A DNA stretch of 64,000 nt from positions 1 through 64,000 of IMG/VR virus record IMGVR_UViG_3300015241_000015; one strand, written 5' to 3'. Shown here piece after piece: positions 18,640-27,456 of this stretch; within the stretch, counting starts at the first letter, position 1, and each line of letters begins with the position of its first letter. A model generated the notes under the pieces. The model searched no databases and had not been told where the DNA came from. It worked only from the letters and a program-made list of their open reading frames with translations. The position numbers and the translations under genes were made by a program. Origin of the DNA: a virus.

Positions 18640-20367
18640 CTAAAACGGAGCCTCCTCCGCATTTGAATACTCAGATTGCAGCCCGTCTGATTTCTTGTTC
18701 CCGCGCCGCGGTGGCTCCCAGCGCACCCGCTCCACCGTGATCCCCTCTTGTGGGGGATTCTGGTCGATGTACTTGATATAGAAATTGTCCGGGCTCAGCG
18801 CCGCCTTGATCTCAATCTCCACCAGCCGTACCCACTCATGCTTGGCCTCATGCCGATTGACAACCCGCAAGCCCAACACCCACTCGGCATACCCGGCAAT
18901 AGCCGAAGCCCCGCGGATCCGTTCGGTCAACGTAGCTTCTTCGCTGCCCTTGGTCTCGTGGTGGATCAGTGTGACTTGGCAACCAGTCTTCTCTTGGATC
19001 AGCGCCACATTGTCAATGACTCGCTGCATTGCAGTATTGTCGTTCTCTTCGGCCGTGTGCAGGCGGCGAAATACATCCAAGACTAGGAATTCAGTCTTAT
19101 GTTTCTCTAATGCCCGTATGAGTTCATTGCGGTCGTCTTCGTCATCGATCATCAGGCGCTGCTTCTCTTGGCGGCTATTCACATATAGATTGGCTTTGAT
19201 GTCTTCCAGTACCACTTCCCGGCCCCGCGCCAGCTTCTTCAGTCTCCACTGCGTTAGTTGCGGAGCGTCTTCCCTGGTCACATAGGCTACCCGGGCGGGC
19301 CGTTCCACATAGAACCCCGCTCCCCCATTTCCCGGTAGCCACGGTAACCCCGCCGCCAGGCAGATACACAGATCGGCGATTAGTAAACTCTTACCAGCCT
19401 TAGGCCGTGCAATGATCATTCCGTTGGCGCCAGACTGGATCAACCCCTCGACCATCCAGTTCAGCGATGGCGGGGTATGCCGGGTAAATTCGACTACATC
19501 GACCAGGATCCCGCTACTTACTTCAGAGGGCCTCCACGCTGGCGTCTGGTTGGCTTCCTTGACCAGTTCGCCAAACTGATGGCCTTGGGCATACCAATCG
19601 ACTACGTCGCCCTTCAGGGGCAATCCTGGTAGCTTTACGACCTTCACTCCCGCGGCATAGCGATAGATGGAATTGGCGACCTGGAGCGCGTGCTTTTCAC
19701 CCTTCTCGTCGTTGTCCGGGAAAATGATTACTTTCTTCCCGGTCAAGAATGGAGAATACTCATCTAGCCACTTCTCCGCTCCCCCGGAATTGCACGTGGC
19801 AGCCACCTCGACCACCATCTCCAGATCGCGGCGTACCAGATCGACTTTCTTCTCGCCTTCAAAAACCAGAACCTCCCGGGCGGTGATGATATCGGGCAAG
19901 CGATAGAGAGCCCGTCGGCACTTATCCAGACTCCACACCCAGCCCCCTTGCTCGTCGGGATGGCGGAAACTGATTTTCTTTTTCCCGTAATTGTCCTTGG
20001 GATACCGGATCACCTGATAGAGCAAATGGCCGTATTCGTCGGTGTAGTCGTAGGCGGCCTCCCAGCGTTGCCCGGAAATAAACCCCTGGCGCAAGCCCAT
20101 GATCTCGGCGATATTCGCCATTGCCACTTCTTTATCGCAGCGGGCGAACTTCATCTCGAAGTCGATTACACCGCCCCCTCCACAACCGGCGCCAGACCAA
20201 CATTTCCAGACGCCTTTCTCGAAATTCACACTGAGCGATGGGGTGCGATCGTCATGGAAGGGGCACTTGGCCGCGTAACTGGAACCCGAGCGCCGCAGAC
20301 TCTGGCCTTGCAGTCGGGCTTCGAAGTATTTCTTGAATTCGGCGGTTCCTAACTCGTTCACTTTCAC
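18640..20367 (-). CDS. Primase-helicase: CHC2 zinc finger, TOPRIM, RecA-like AAA_25 helicase
   Basis: CPFHDDRTPS...WKC..C; FEGEK, PDND, GDVVD; Walker A ARPKAGKS; LVLD; HHE. Confidence 0.9.
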   Translation of the reverse strand: MKVNELGTAEFKKYFEARLQGQSLRRSGSSYAAKCPFHDDRTPSLSVNFEKGVWKCWSGAGCGGGGVIDFEMKFARCDKEVAMANIAEIMGLRQGFISGQRWEAAYDYTDEYGHLLYQVIRYPKDNYGKKKISFRHPDEQGGWVWSLDKCRRALYRLPDIITAREVLVFEGEKKVDLVRRDLEMVVEVAATCNSGGAEKWLDEYSPFLTGKKVIIFPDNDEKGEKHALQVANSIYRYAAGVKVVKLPGLPLKGDVVDWYAQGHQFGELVKEANQTPAWRPSEVSSGILVDVVEFTRHTPPSLNWMVEGLIQSGANGMIIARPKAGKSLLIADLCICLAAGLPWLPGNGGAGFYVERPARVAYVTREDAPQLTQWRLKKLARGREVVLEDIKANLYVNSRQEKQRLMIDDEDDRNELIRALEKHKTEFLVLDVFRRLHTAEENDNTAMQRVIDNVALIQEKTGCQVTLIHHETKGSEEATLTERIRGASAIAGYAEWVLGLRVVNRHEAKHEWVRLVEIEIKAALSPDNFYIKYIDQNPPQEGITVERVRWEPPRRGNKKSDGLQSEYSNAEEAPF

Positions 20368-20889
20368 TTACACGTACCTATCTGGTCTCTAAAACTAACC
20401 GCACAATATCTTTCCCGCACTCCGCACATTCCATGACAATCCCACCTTCATCGTTGATCCGCGCCCAGGTGGGTGAATCAGGATGACAGGCCGAATGCAG
20501 CACCAGCCACTCTTCCTTTTTTTCAGGGACGGCAATTATCCCGATCTTCTTCGATCTCAAGTCTTGAACAGACATCCGTCGGCTCCTTCTCCAGCCATCT
20601 CTCAATGGCAATTTTGTGATTGTGTCCCGTCATCAACCCCTCACACTTAGGCCGCTGCCGGAACCAGCGCCACCATTTGAACGCATAGATCAATACATCC
20701 CACCAGTGAAGCTTTTGCATACCTTGCATTCCTCTATCACTCCACTCCCACCACAGGCCGGGCATATTGCAGTATCGACTTGCACATCGCACGGCAGCTC
20801 AACAGCCGGGACTGCCACCGCGCCCGTTCCCTCACAGTTCAAGCAGAACACGCATACGCAGTCCTCGTAGCCCTTCAGTTCCGCCCACA

Positions 20890-21279
20890 TTACCCTATCT
20901 CCTCTTCCTCCGACTCACTCAAGGCCCGCGTCTTATACACCTGCTTGATCTGGTTGTGGAAGAATCGCCCCACAGAATCGGCTGTCCGCATCTTTTCGTA
21001 AATGATGTCGGGAACCCCGTCATAGTGGTAAACCTTGCTTACCGACCCATCCCGGTTGCGGAATTGAACGTAAGTAGACCCGTCTGTAGTCCTGCGAATG
21101 GCATGGACGTTGCTCGAATCTACACGCTCCCAGGGCGGTTCTTGAGGTTTAGGCCGTACCGGCATCAAAGATTCGTCTGAGGGCATCGTAGACGGCGTAG
21201 GAGTCATCTCCCGGCTCTCTGTAGACTGTTGTTCCGGCTCTTCAGGCGTTTCCATGGCTACCCCCTTCCATTTCTCCAT
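20890..21279 (-). CDS. KTSC domain protein
   Basis: VDSSNVHAI...VQFRN...YHYDGVP..IYE....ADSVGRFFHNQIK. Confidence 0.85.
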   Translation of the reverse strand: MEKWKGVAMETPEEPEQQSTESREMTPTPSTMPSDESLMPVRPKPQEPPWERVDSSNVHAIRRTTDGSTYVQFRNRDGSVSKVYHYDGVPDIIYEKMRTADSVGRFFHNQIKQVYKTRALSESEEEEIG

Positions 21280-21556
21280 CGTTACTCGCGATGCTCCACA
21301 GGCTCACTATGTCGTCGGACAATTGCTGATTACCTCCGGTATAAATTCGGTTCATCATGCGGATCAGCACCGCTATCCCATGGTCTAAGTCTGCTCGCGC
21401 CACACTCCCATCAGCGCCGATCTTGATTCCCATCAGGCAGCGATTCACGGTGTCCAGAGCCCGGTAAGCCCGGCTAAACATGGCCTGCACCTCTTGGATA
21501 TCCTCGGGATTGGCGCAGGTAAAGCTGACTCGAATCTTTTGCAGTTCAGGCATCAA
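21242..21556 (-). CDS. Hypothetical protein
   Basis: ORF with RBS in the tightly packed leftward operon. Confidence 0.5.
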   Translation of the reverse strand: MMPELQKIRVSFTCANPEDIQEVQAMFSRAYRALDTVNRCLMGIKIGADGSVARADLDHGIAVLIRMMNRIYTGGNQQLSDDIVSLWSIASNDGEMEGGSHGNA

Positions 21557-21705
21557 TACTCTCCCTCTCGCGGAACTCCTTTTCCCATCGCTCCAGTAGG
21601 CCAGAATCCCTGAGGCTCTTTCTAAAGTAAAACCTCTCCAACTCCGCCTCGTGATCGCAAATAGCCGAGAATTGATCTGTGTTGGCTTTCAGTTTCTCCT
21701 GATCG

Positions 21706-22053
21706 TCAGGCATGATGTCTCTCCTCCTCCGCCGCCACGTCAGCAAAAGTCTTGTTGCTGATTCTTAGATTCCTCAGGCTGACAATATCGGCGTCCATCT
21801 GGCTGATGTTGACCGGATAGGTCAGCAACACCGAGTCAATCACCTTGTGCATGGCCTCCAAGATATCCCGCTCGATGGGCTGCTCTTCATCCTGACACGC
21901 TATGGTCTCTATGAATTCCCGCAAAGCCTCCATGGCCTTCGCGATCCGTTCATTCATCAGGCCAAAACTGGCCATCACATCTTCCGTGCGGCAGACCACC
22001 ACAACCTTGGCCGGCCCTGGCAAATAGTCTTTTTCAAACATATACACCCTCAT
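21706..22053 (-). CDS. Hypothetical protein
   Basis: ATGA-type overlap with the upstream gene. Confidence 0.5.
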   Translation of the reverse strand: MRVYMFEKDYLPGPAKVVVVCRTEDVMASFGLMNERIAKAMEALREFIETIACQDEEQPIERDILEAMHKVIDSVLLTYPVNISQMDADIVSLRNLRISNKTFADVAAEEERHHA

Positions 22054-22517
22054 TTCGCTAATAGCCGTTTTTCAAAGCACTCCCAACTTTTGCAAAGATG
22101 GTCATGCCAATCCCGGTATTCCCGATGCCGATCGTTCTTGCCTGACAGAAACTCGTCTTCAGCCAGATTGTCGATCGCCAGCTTGAAAGCCTTCAACGCA
22201 TTGCCGCGATCCCCATTAGCCCAGCGCACCAACTCCCGTAAGCGGCTCAGGCCCTTCTTTATGCGCAATTCCGACGGCGTATACCCGTGGGCTCTCTCGG
22301 TTCGTTCACAGTAGTATTTCCAGATGCGCGGCAACTTCTCTTGCTCCCATGGATCTTCGGTCAGTTTATTCACCATCTCTTCGGCAGTACTAAAACGATG
22401 GTGGTGGTTGATTGGTGTTGGTTCAGGTAAATAGTCTGATTGAAATAGATGCGGCTGAACTTGCATGTTGGAAAGATCCTCCAGGGAAGGTGTGCCGGAA
22501 ACAATAGCACACTTCAC
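22050..22517 (-). CDS. Hypothetical protein, possibly resembling a replication-initiator C-terminal domain
   Basis: KLAIDN...FLSGKNDRHREYRDW resembles the C-termini of phage replisome organisers. Confidence 0.4.
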   Translation of the reverse strand: MKCAIVSGTPSLEDLSNMQVQPHLFQSDYLPEPTPINHHHRFSTAEEMVNKLTEDPWEQEKLPRIWKYYCERTERAHGYTPSELRIKKGLSRLRELVRWANGDRGNALKAFKLAIDNLAEDEFLSGKNDRHREYRDWHDHLCKSWECFEKRLLAK

Positions 22518-22524
22518 CTATCGG

Positions 22525-22752
22525 TCAATCGCTATTTTTATCTAGTTTGCGTTCCTTCAGCCACTCTAATGCTTCCCACCATGACTGTGGATAGGTATCT
22601 TGGTTTCTTCTATATAATTTGATTTGCACTGCCGGCGGAATAAGCTTAAAGCAACGATAACAGAACGATCTATCTACCGCTTTCTCTTGCTGACAACTAG
22701 GGCACACTGTACTTTCGAGGCTATCGCTTGATAGCTGGTACAAGGTCTTCAT
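22525..22752 (-). CDS. Small zinc-finger protein
   Basis: CPSC...FCYRC; GAAGG RBS. Confidence 0.5.
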   Translation of the reverse strand: MKTLYQLSSDSLESTVCPSCQQEKAVDRSFCYRCFKLIPPAVQIKLYRRNQDTYPQSWWEALEWLKERKLDKNSD

Positions 22753-22993
22753 GTACTACCTTCTATCTGTTGCGGTCTTTAGTGGGTTGAATCTATATCT
22801 TGGGCGTTAACGTGTTTCGGTGAACTCCTTTCTTCTTTGGTAGCGGCGTGCCGTGCAGCGTATTCGTGCTCATGGCACCAACAAGAACACCAAGCCTTCG
22901 GTTCAACGACCGGAGCCCCCGGTGTGCTCACATTGGAACAATGCCAGGAACAGCGGCATACGGTTCCTTGGCGAAGCGGGCGGCCGTCAGGGG

Positions 22994-23407
22994 TCATGCG
23001 CTTTCCTTCTTGAAAATCACAACCATACTGGGGAACGGGGCTGGCTGAATCGATCCATTGAATTTCAATCGGCCGCGAATGAAGCGAACCTCACGGGCTT
23101 GCGGTAGCACCAAATCGTGAAACCAAGGTGATGACGTTCTTGCCGGTATCAGATACACCGCCAGATCGGCTTCCCGGCCACGCTCCAGCCATTCCCTAAT
23201 CCCTGGGCCGTAAGGTGGATTGCAAAACACCCGCCGGCCCGTCCAGGAAACAAACAGCGGCGCCAACCCGTCCTCGATTCCACCCAGCGGGCAAGGATCG
23301 AAATCGAAGTGGAATTCCTCGTTGAGCGACCTATAAAGCCACTCAGGCGTCCTCCACTCCGCCGTGGTCGAACTGAAAATTACCCGGGATGGCATGGCTG
23401 ATTTCAA
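22994..23407 (-). CDS. Phage DNA N6-adenine methyltransferase (Dam-like)
   Basis: EWRTP, FDFDPC, VFCNPPY, LIPART, FIRGRLKF, APFPS. Confidence 0.9.
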   Translation of the reverse strand: MKSAMPSRVIFSSTTAEWRTPEWLYRSLNEEFHFDFDPCPLGGIEDGLAPLFVSWTGRRVFCNPPYGPGIREWLERGREADLAVYLIPARTSSPWFHDLVLPQAREVRFIRGRLKFNGSIQPAPFPSMVVIFKKESA

Positions 23408-23982
23408 GTCGTTTTAACTTCTACGAATCGCGTGACTCGAAAGGTTCCAAACGGGCCACGTTTCTCAGGGCGAAAATCTCCAATGCCCGTACTCACTCCG
23501 CCCTCGGCCAGAAGCTGATGGGCTGTCTCAATCGGAAGCTGATTGTCGTCAATTTGCAGATTGAACTTCGCTGACCACTGGTCGAACCGCGGGCGGTGTC
23601 TCATCACGCGCCCCTTTGTCGCCGGGATCGTGACAGGCCGCGAATCAACCTCGAATCTCTTGGCTGGGCCACCATCTCCGTTCAGAATCGTGACGGTATC
23701 GCTGCATATTCGAACGGCCGCCGGCACGACAAATTTCAGCGTTTTCCGGGATGAGCGCATCTTGTGATTCGCCCCAGCCGCTCCCATCACGTTCGGAATC
23801 GCAAACGCCGAAAAGTAGAAGTGGCCTGCATCATCAATGTATGCAACCCGCCTCGCGGCTTCGAGTGGATCTTCATGTTGCGCCAATTGCGTTCTCGTGG
23901 GCTTTGCCAATTGTGCGCGTTCATCGAACCGTTGAATAAGCAAAGGCGTCAGTCCAGCAATTTCACATTCGATCAGTTTCAT
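23404..23982 (-). CDS. Small RAMP/Cas7-like protein (Vipr-like candidate)
   Basis: First strand I.G.TPLL, RPRFDQWSAKF, C-terminal Gly-loop GIGDFRPEKRGPFGTF; adjacent to the GGC-NN repeat RNA. Confidence 0.65.
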   Translation of the reverse strand: MKLIECEIAGLTPLLIQRFDERAQLAKPTRTQLAQHEDPLEAARRVAYIDDAGHFYFSAFAIPNVMGAAGANHKMRSSRKTLKFVVPAAVRICSDTVTILNGDGGPAKRFEVDSRPVTIPATKGRVMRHRPRFDQWSAKFNLQIDDNQLPIETAHQLLAEGGVSTGIGDFRPEKRGPFGTFRVTRFVEVKTT

Positions 23983-24030
23983 TGGGTGGATCTCCTTTCA
24001 GGTTACGTAAATTTATTTCAGTTCCATGGC

Positions 24031-24060
24031 TTGCCAATTCCTTCCCCTGTTTTGTAAAGT
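24031..24060 (+). promoter_or_regulatory. Sigma70-type promoter for the GGC-NN RNA
   Basis: TTGCCA-18 bp-TAAAGT, ending 10 bp before the first pentamer. Confidence 0.55.
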
Positions 24061-24066
24061 TGTTGA

Positions 24067-24207
24067 CCTTGGCGCTGCGAGGCGCGGCACTGCATGGCAA
24101 GGCAGGGCACGGCCTGGCACGGCGTGGCCTGGCAAGGTCGGGCATGGCTTGGCTCTGCACGGCAAGGCAAGGACAGGCGGGGTGTGTTAAGCCCCGCCTA
24201 TTTATTT
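24067..24207 (+). ncRNA. Pentamer-periodic (GGY-NN)n putative guide RNA
   Basis: 21 in-register pentamers at 24071-24175 (16 GGC, 3 TGC, 1 GGT, 1 GGA, each plus a variable NN), followed by a hairpin. Confidence 0.7.
24175..24207 (+). terminator. Hairpin terminator closing the pentamer RNA
   Basis: AGGCGGGG-9 nt-CCCCGCCT followed by ATTTATTT. Confidence 0.65.
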
Positions 24208-24219
24208 GCGTGCAATGGC

Positions 24220-25653
24220 TCACTTCTCCTCCTTGCTTGGAGGGGTCTTGTCGGATGATTTTTGGTGATGCGGATTTGATGCGGATTCTGCTTTATTTTG
24301 GTCTATTTTGCTGATGGATGTCGTTGAAGCTATTGATTCTATTGAGGTTGATTCCAACTCTGGATCAGCATATCGGGGTTCGAATCCCTGGGGGGCAGCC
24401 AAATCTTTTGAACAACTTACAGACTTTTCATTCGTTTTTGATTCGCCCTCGTCTCCTCCATAGTGCGGTTTTGATGCGGATTGACTCTTCTTCTTTCCCT
24501 CTTCTTTGGTCTCTTTTGGGGCCTCGTCGTCCAGGACTTGCACCCACTCCGCATTTGCGCCGGGGATCAGGTGGCCGTAAATGTCGATCGTGACCGAAAT
24601 ACTCTTATGCCCCATCTGCTTTTGCACATAGGCCGGAGAGACTCCCGCCTGGATCAGCAGGCTGCCGTAAGTGTGGCGAAGGTCATGAAACCGGAAGCGA
24701 CGAATACCGGCTTGCTCTAGCGCTGGATCGAGGTATCGCTTGGCGATATTGTCCGGGAATATCGGTCCACCGGTCTCCGATGGGAACACCAGATCGTCGG
24801 AAATACTGGTCTTGCCATCCATGAAGGCAGGCAGAAGGCGTTCATCTCTCGCCACCACCAGCGCCGTCCGTAATTGTTCTGTCATATCAACGCGACGGGA
24901 CTCGCCGCTCTTGGGAGAACCAAAGGTTTTGGATTTCACGTCATAAGTTCTCTCGACCAGGATGAAGCACTCCGGCCCAACACATTCCCCGAACTGAATA
25001 TGCCCCCACTGCAAGGCGATCAATTCACCCTTGCGAAGCCCAGCCCGTAAAGCGGCCAGGAAAAAAACGGAGTATCCTGGGCATATCTCGCCAACTGCCG
25101 TCAGGAAACGTTGCGCCTCGCTGCGTGTCATCGAATCCCCTTTAGCTTTGCCCTTTTGCTTCTTGTTGAATTTTCCGATCCGTGAAGCGGGATTGGAAGC
25201 AATAATGCCATCTTCGACGGCGGCATTCAGACAGGCGCGCAATGCCCCGTATGTTAGGCGTACCGTGTTGCGCGCAAGCTTGCCATTCGATAAATCGCCA
25301 ACAAAAGACTTCACTTCCTCGCGGGTTATTTTGGTTAAAGCCTGTGCGCCAAACCTGGGGACCACGCGAAGCCTGAGTTGCTCCTCGTAACTGCCCCAGC
25401 TTCTGTGTTTGATTTCCCCTTTGCGCCCACGAAGCCAGGCGGCGGAATACTGCGAAAATGTTTGCTCTTTGCACGCTTCTTCTTTCGTTTCGAGAAAGCC
25501 TAACTGGCCCAAAGCGGCCATACCTTCGGCTCGCTTCCGAATCTGCTCTGCCAGTTTCGCGTCACCAGTCTTCAGCGATTTCGAGGAGCGTTTTCCTTTG
25601 TGGTTAACAAATAACCACCACACGCCTTTCACTTTTTTCAGTTTGACTCCCAC
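24220..25653 (-). CDS. int: Tyrosine recombinase (phage integrase)
   Basis: GLRKGEL, PKSG, FHDLRHTY, MGH...T.DIYGH; arm- and core-binding N-terminus. Confidence 0.95.
   Translation of the reverse strand: MGVKLKKVKGVWWLFVNHKGKRSSKSLKTGDAKLAEQIRKRAEGMAALGQLGFLETKEEACKEQTFSQYSAAWLRGRKGEIKHRSWGSYEEQLRLRVVPRFGAQALTKITREEVKSFVGDLSNGKLARNTVRLTYGALRACLNAAVEDGIIASNPASRIGKFNKKQKGKAKGDSMTRSEAQRFLTAVGEICPGYSVFFLAALRAGLRKGELIALQWGHIQFGECVGPECFILVERTYDVKSKTFGSPKSGESRRVDMTEQLRTALVVARDERLLPAFMDGKTSISDDLVFPSETGGPIFPDNIAKRYLDPALEQAGIRRFRFHDLRHTYGSLLIQAGVSPAYVQKQMGHKSISVTIDIYGHLIPGANAEWVQVLDDEAPKETKEEGKKKSQSASKPHYGGDEGESKTNEKSVSCSKDLAAPQGFEPRYADPELESTSIESIASTTSISKIDQNKAESASNPHHQKSSDKTPPSKEEK
24266..24482. repeat. 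Integrase arm-type site candidates flanking the attP core
   Basis: TGATGCGGATT at 24266, 24277 and 24472, plus variant TAGTGCGGTTT at 24461. Confidence 0.65.
24357..24401 (+). other. attP core: 3' half of tRNA-Gln(CTG), inside the 3' end of int
   Basis: Anticodon loop CT-CTG-GA, stem TCAGC, T arm CGGGG-TTCGAAT-CCCTG, acceptor strand GGGGGCA-G-CCA; 5' half of the tRNA absent. Confidence 0.85.
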
Positions 25654-25656
25654 GAT

Positions 25657-25902
25657 TTATCCTCCCGAAAACATCTTTTTCAACATCGCATCAACTTGCT
25701 CTGTTTCAATAGCCACGCTATGAGCGCGCATCCAGCGATCAAACTCTGACCGTTCAACTCGAAACTTTTTGCCCACACGCGAAGCGGGGAGCGGATCGGA
25801 GATCCTGTGTATCCAGCCGAGCAAGGTCCGCTCCGAGACGCTCGCATAGGTACACAGCGATTTCAGATCCAACCACTCGGACTTAACTTCTTGCTTTCTC
25901 AT
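25657..25902 (-). CDS. Excisionase (HTH_17-like)
   Basis: WLDLKSLCTYASVSERTLLGWI...LPASRVGKKFRV; immediately upstream of int. Confidence 0.8.
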   Translation of the reverse strand: MRKQEVKSEWLDLKSLCTYASVSERTLLGWIHRISDPLPASRVGKKFRVERSEFDRWMRAHSVAIETEQVDAMLKKMFSGG

Positions 25903-25906
25903 AATT

Positions 25907-26803
25907 CTACGCAGCTTTCTGTATGCCCCCCGGCAATTCGTCCCAGACCCGGCCATCCAAAAGACGACAGGTTTTTGGCTTTCCGACACGGACCCCAGCC
26001 AAGCCGTCCCGCCAGTTGTGCGCGGCGATGACCGACATGCGGGCGTAGCCCTCGATCTGGACGTAGGCGCCGCCGGGATAGCGTGGATCCATGACCAGAG
26101 GGGCCGTCAGGTACTCGCCCCACGTTTTGAAATAAAACGGGACGCCGGCGGCCGAGCATTGATCGCGGATCGAGCGAACCCAGTCGGGGTGTAGCGGCCT
26201 GGCGTAAGGGCCAATTTCACCGCCCACCATGACCAAATCAAGCTTATAGGGCTGTTCCTTGGCTTCGAGGGCCCAGGAGATGTCCACAGGGCCAAGCATT
26301 GGTTCTACGGCCACCCAGCGCGTGGCGGCAGGGGTTTCTAGGAGCGGGATGATGCGCCATTTTTCCGCTTCCGATTCGACCGAGACGCCCAGCCAGAGAT
26401 TGGGCAGTGGTTGGGGGTAAAGCCGTTCCATGATGCTTTTCATTCTGGCGGCCCGCTTGGTCAATACCTGGAACGTGTGACGGGGGTTGTCGTCGACCAC
26501 TCGCAGGATCTGTTCTATCCAGCCGTCGTGGGCTTCCTCGTGGAAGAGGTCGCTCATGGTGTTGATCATGATGCGGCGGGGCTTGATCAGATGGTAGGGG
26601 CGGTCAAGGGTTTTTCGGGAAAAGCGGAGTTCCCCGGTCCAGGCAGGCTGGGATTCAAGCACCTCGACCAAGCCGGAGTAGGCTCTAAGTTCGCCATTCA
26701 CGCGTAGCGCACTACGCGCCGACGAGCAGTTGCGGCAGCCCTCGCTTACACGCGAACATCCCCGCACGCAATTCCAGGCGACATCGAATATTTCATTCAC
26801 CAT
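25907..26803 (-). CDS. Phage Gp37/Gp68 (DUF5131) family protein
   Basis: WN..GCSRVSEGCRNC, MSDLFHE, HTFQVLTKR, NLWLGVSVE, EPMLG, GGE.G, PFYFK.WG. Confidence 0.9.
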   Translation of the reverse strand: MVNEIFDVAWNCVRGCSRVSEGCRNCSSARSALRVNGELRAYSGLVEVLESQPAWTGELRFSRKTLDRPYHLIKPRRIMINTMSDLFHEEAHDGWIEQILRVVDDNPRHTFQVLTKRAARMKSIMERLYPQPLPNLWLGVSVESEAEKWRIIPLLETPAATRWVAVEPMLGPVDISWALEAKEQPYKLDLVMVGGEIGPYARPLHPDWVRSIRDQCSAAGVPFYFKTWGEYLTAPLVMDPRYPGGAYVQIEGYARMSVIAAHNWRDGLAGVRVGKPKTCRLLDGRVWDELPGGIQKAA

Positions 26804-26968
26804 CTTCGTTCTCTTTCTCGTACTCGTCGAAACTCTTATTGATGCAGGGTCCGCACACGTGCCAGTCGGCAATAAGATCGTGGTCGGTACAGGGCGCGCC
26901 GCAATGGATGCAGACGCCATCCTTGGGGCAATCGCACTCGCCGTCCTTCCAGTGATCTTGGGGGTAGG

Positions 26969-27211
26969 TCATTTACCCCTGGCTTTCAGGATCAACGCTC
27001 GCGCTCTGGCTTTGTTGCCAGATCCAATATGGATAGATGTGTCTTCTACGATCTCTTCAAGGAATCGAACTGCCTCCTCCGCCGCCCCATGCAGTGAGCA
27101 AAACTTGAGATGATCTTCGGGGGTCAGGAACTCCCCATAGCCGAATAGCAACTTGCATCCACAGCCCAGTATGTGAACCTCGTAGCGCTTCGGATGTAAC
27201 TCCTCGCTCAC
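26969..27211 (-). CDS. Hypothetical protein (paralog of the next gene)
   Basis: FCSLHGAAEE...ILKARG. Confidence 0.55.
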   Translation of the reverse strand: MSEELHPKRYEVHILGCGCKLLFGYGEFLTPEDHLKFCSLHGAAEEAVRFLEEIVEDTSIHIGSGNKARARALILKARGK

Positions 27212-27456
27212 TCCGCCCTTGCCTTCTCGATGACAGCTTTTACAGCCACGCAGCGCTTACAATGGCAGTCATTAGTAACGCTGTCCGATTCTTCCAGCAG
27301 TCTCAGCATCTCCTCTGCCGCAGCGTGGAGGGGGCACAATTCTACGTGTCTACTTACGAATATCCCGTCATCCCTAGTAAACACCTCAGTCGGCGTGCAT
27401 TCGTGGCACCTATTCGTACTTTCTTCCCCCTCGTTTACGCACTTCACTTCACTCAT
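27208..27456 (-). CDS. Hypothetical protein
   Basis: LCPLHAAAEE...IEKARAE. Confidence 0.55.
   Translation of the reverse strand: MSEVKCVNEGEESTNRCHECTPTEVFTRDDGIFVSRHVELCPLHAAAEEMLRLLEESDSVTNDCHCKRCVAVKAVIEKARAE

Noticed and set aside
23963-24314. ORFs over the pentamer tract on both strands
   Set aside because: A 5-nt period does not fit codon structure; the promoter and terminator fit an RNA better.
24357-24401. Functional tRNA-Gln gene
   Set aside because: Only the 3' half is present (no D arm or 5' acceptor strand), so it is interpreted as attP.
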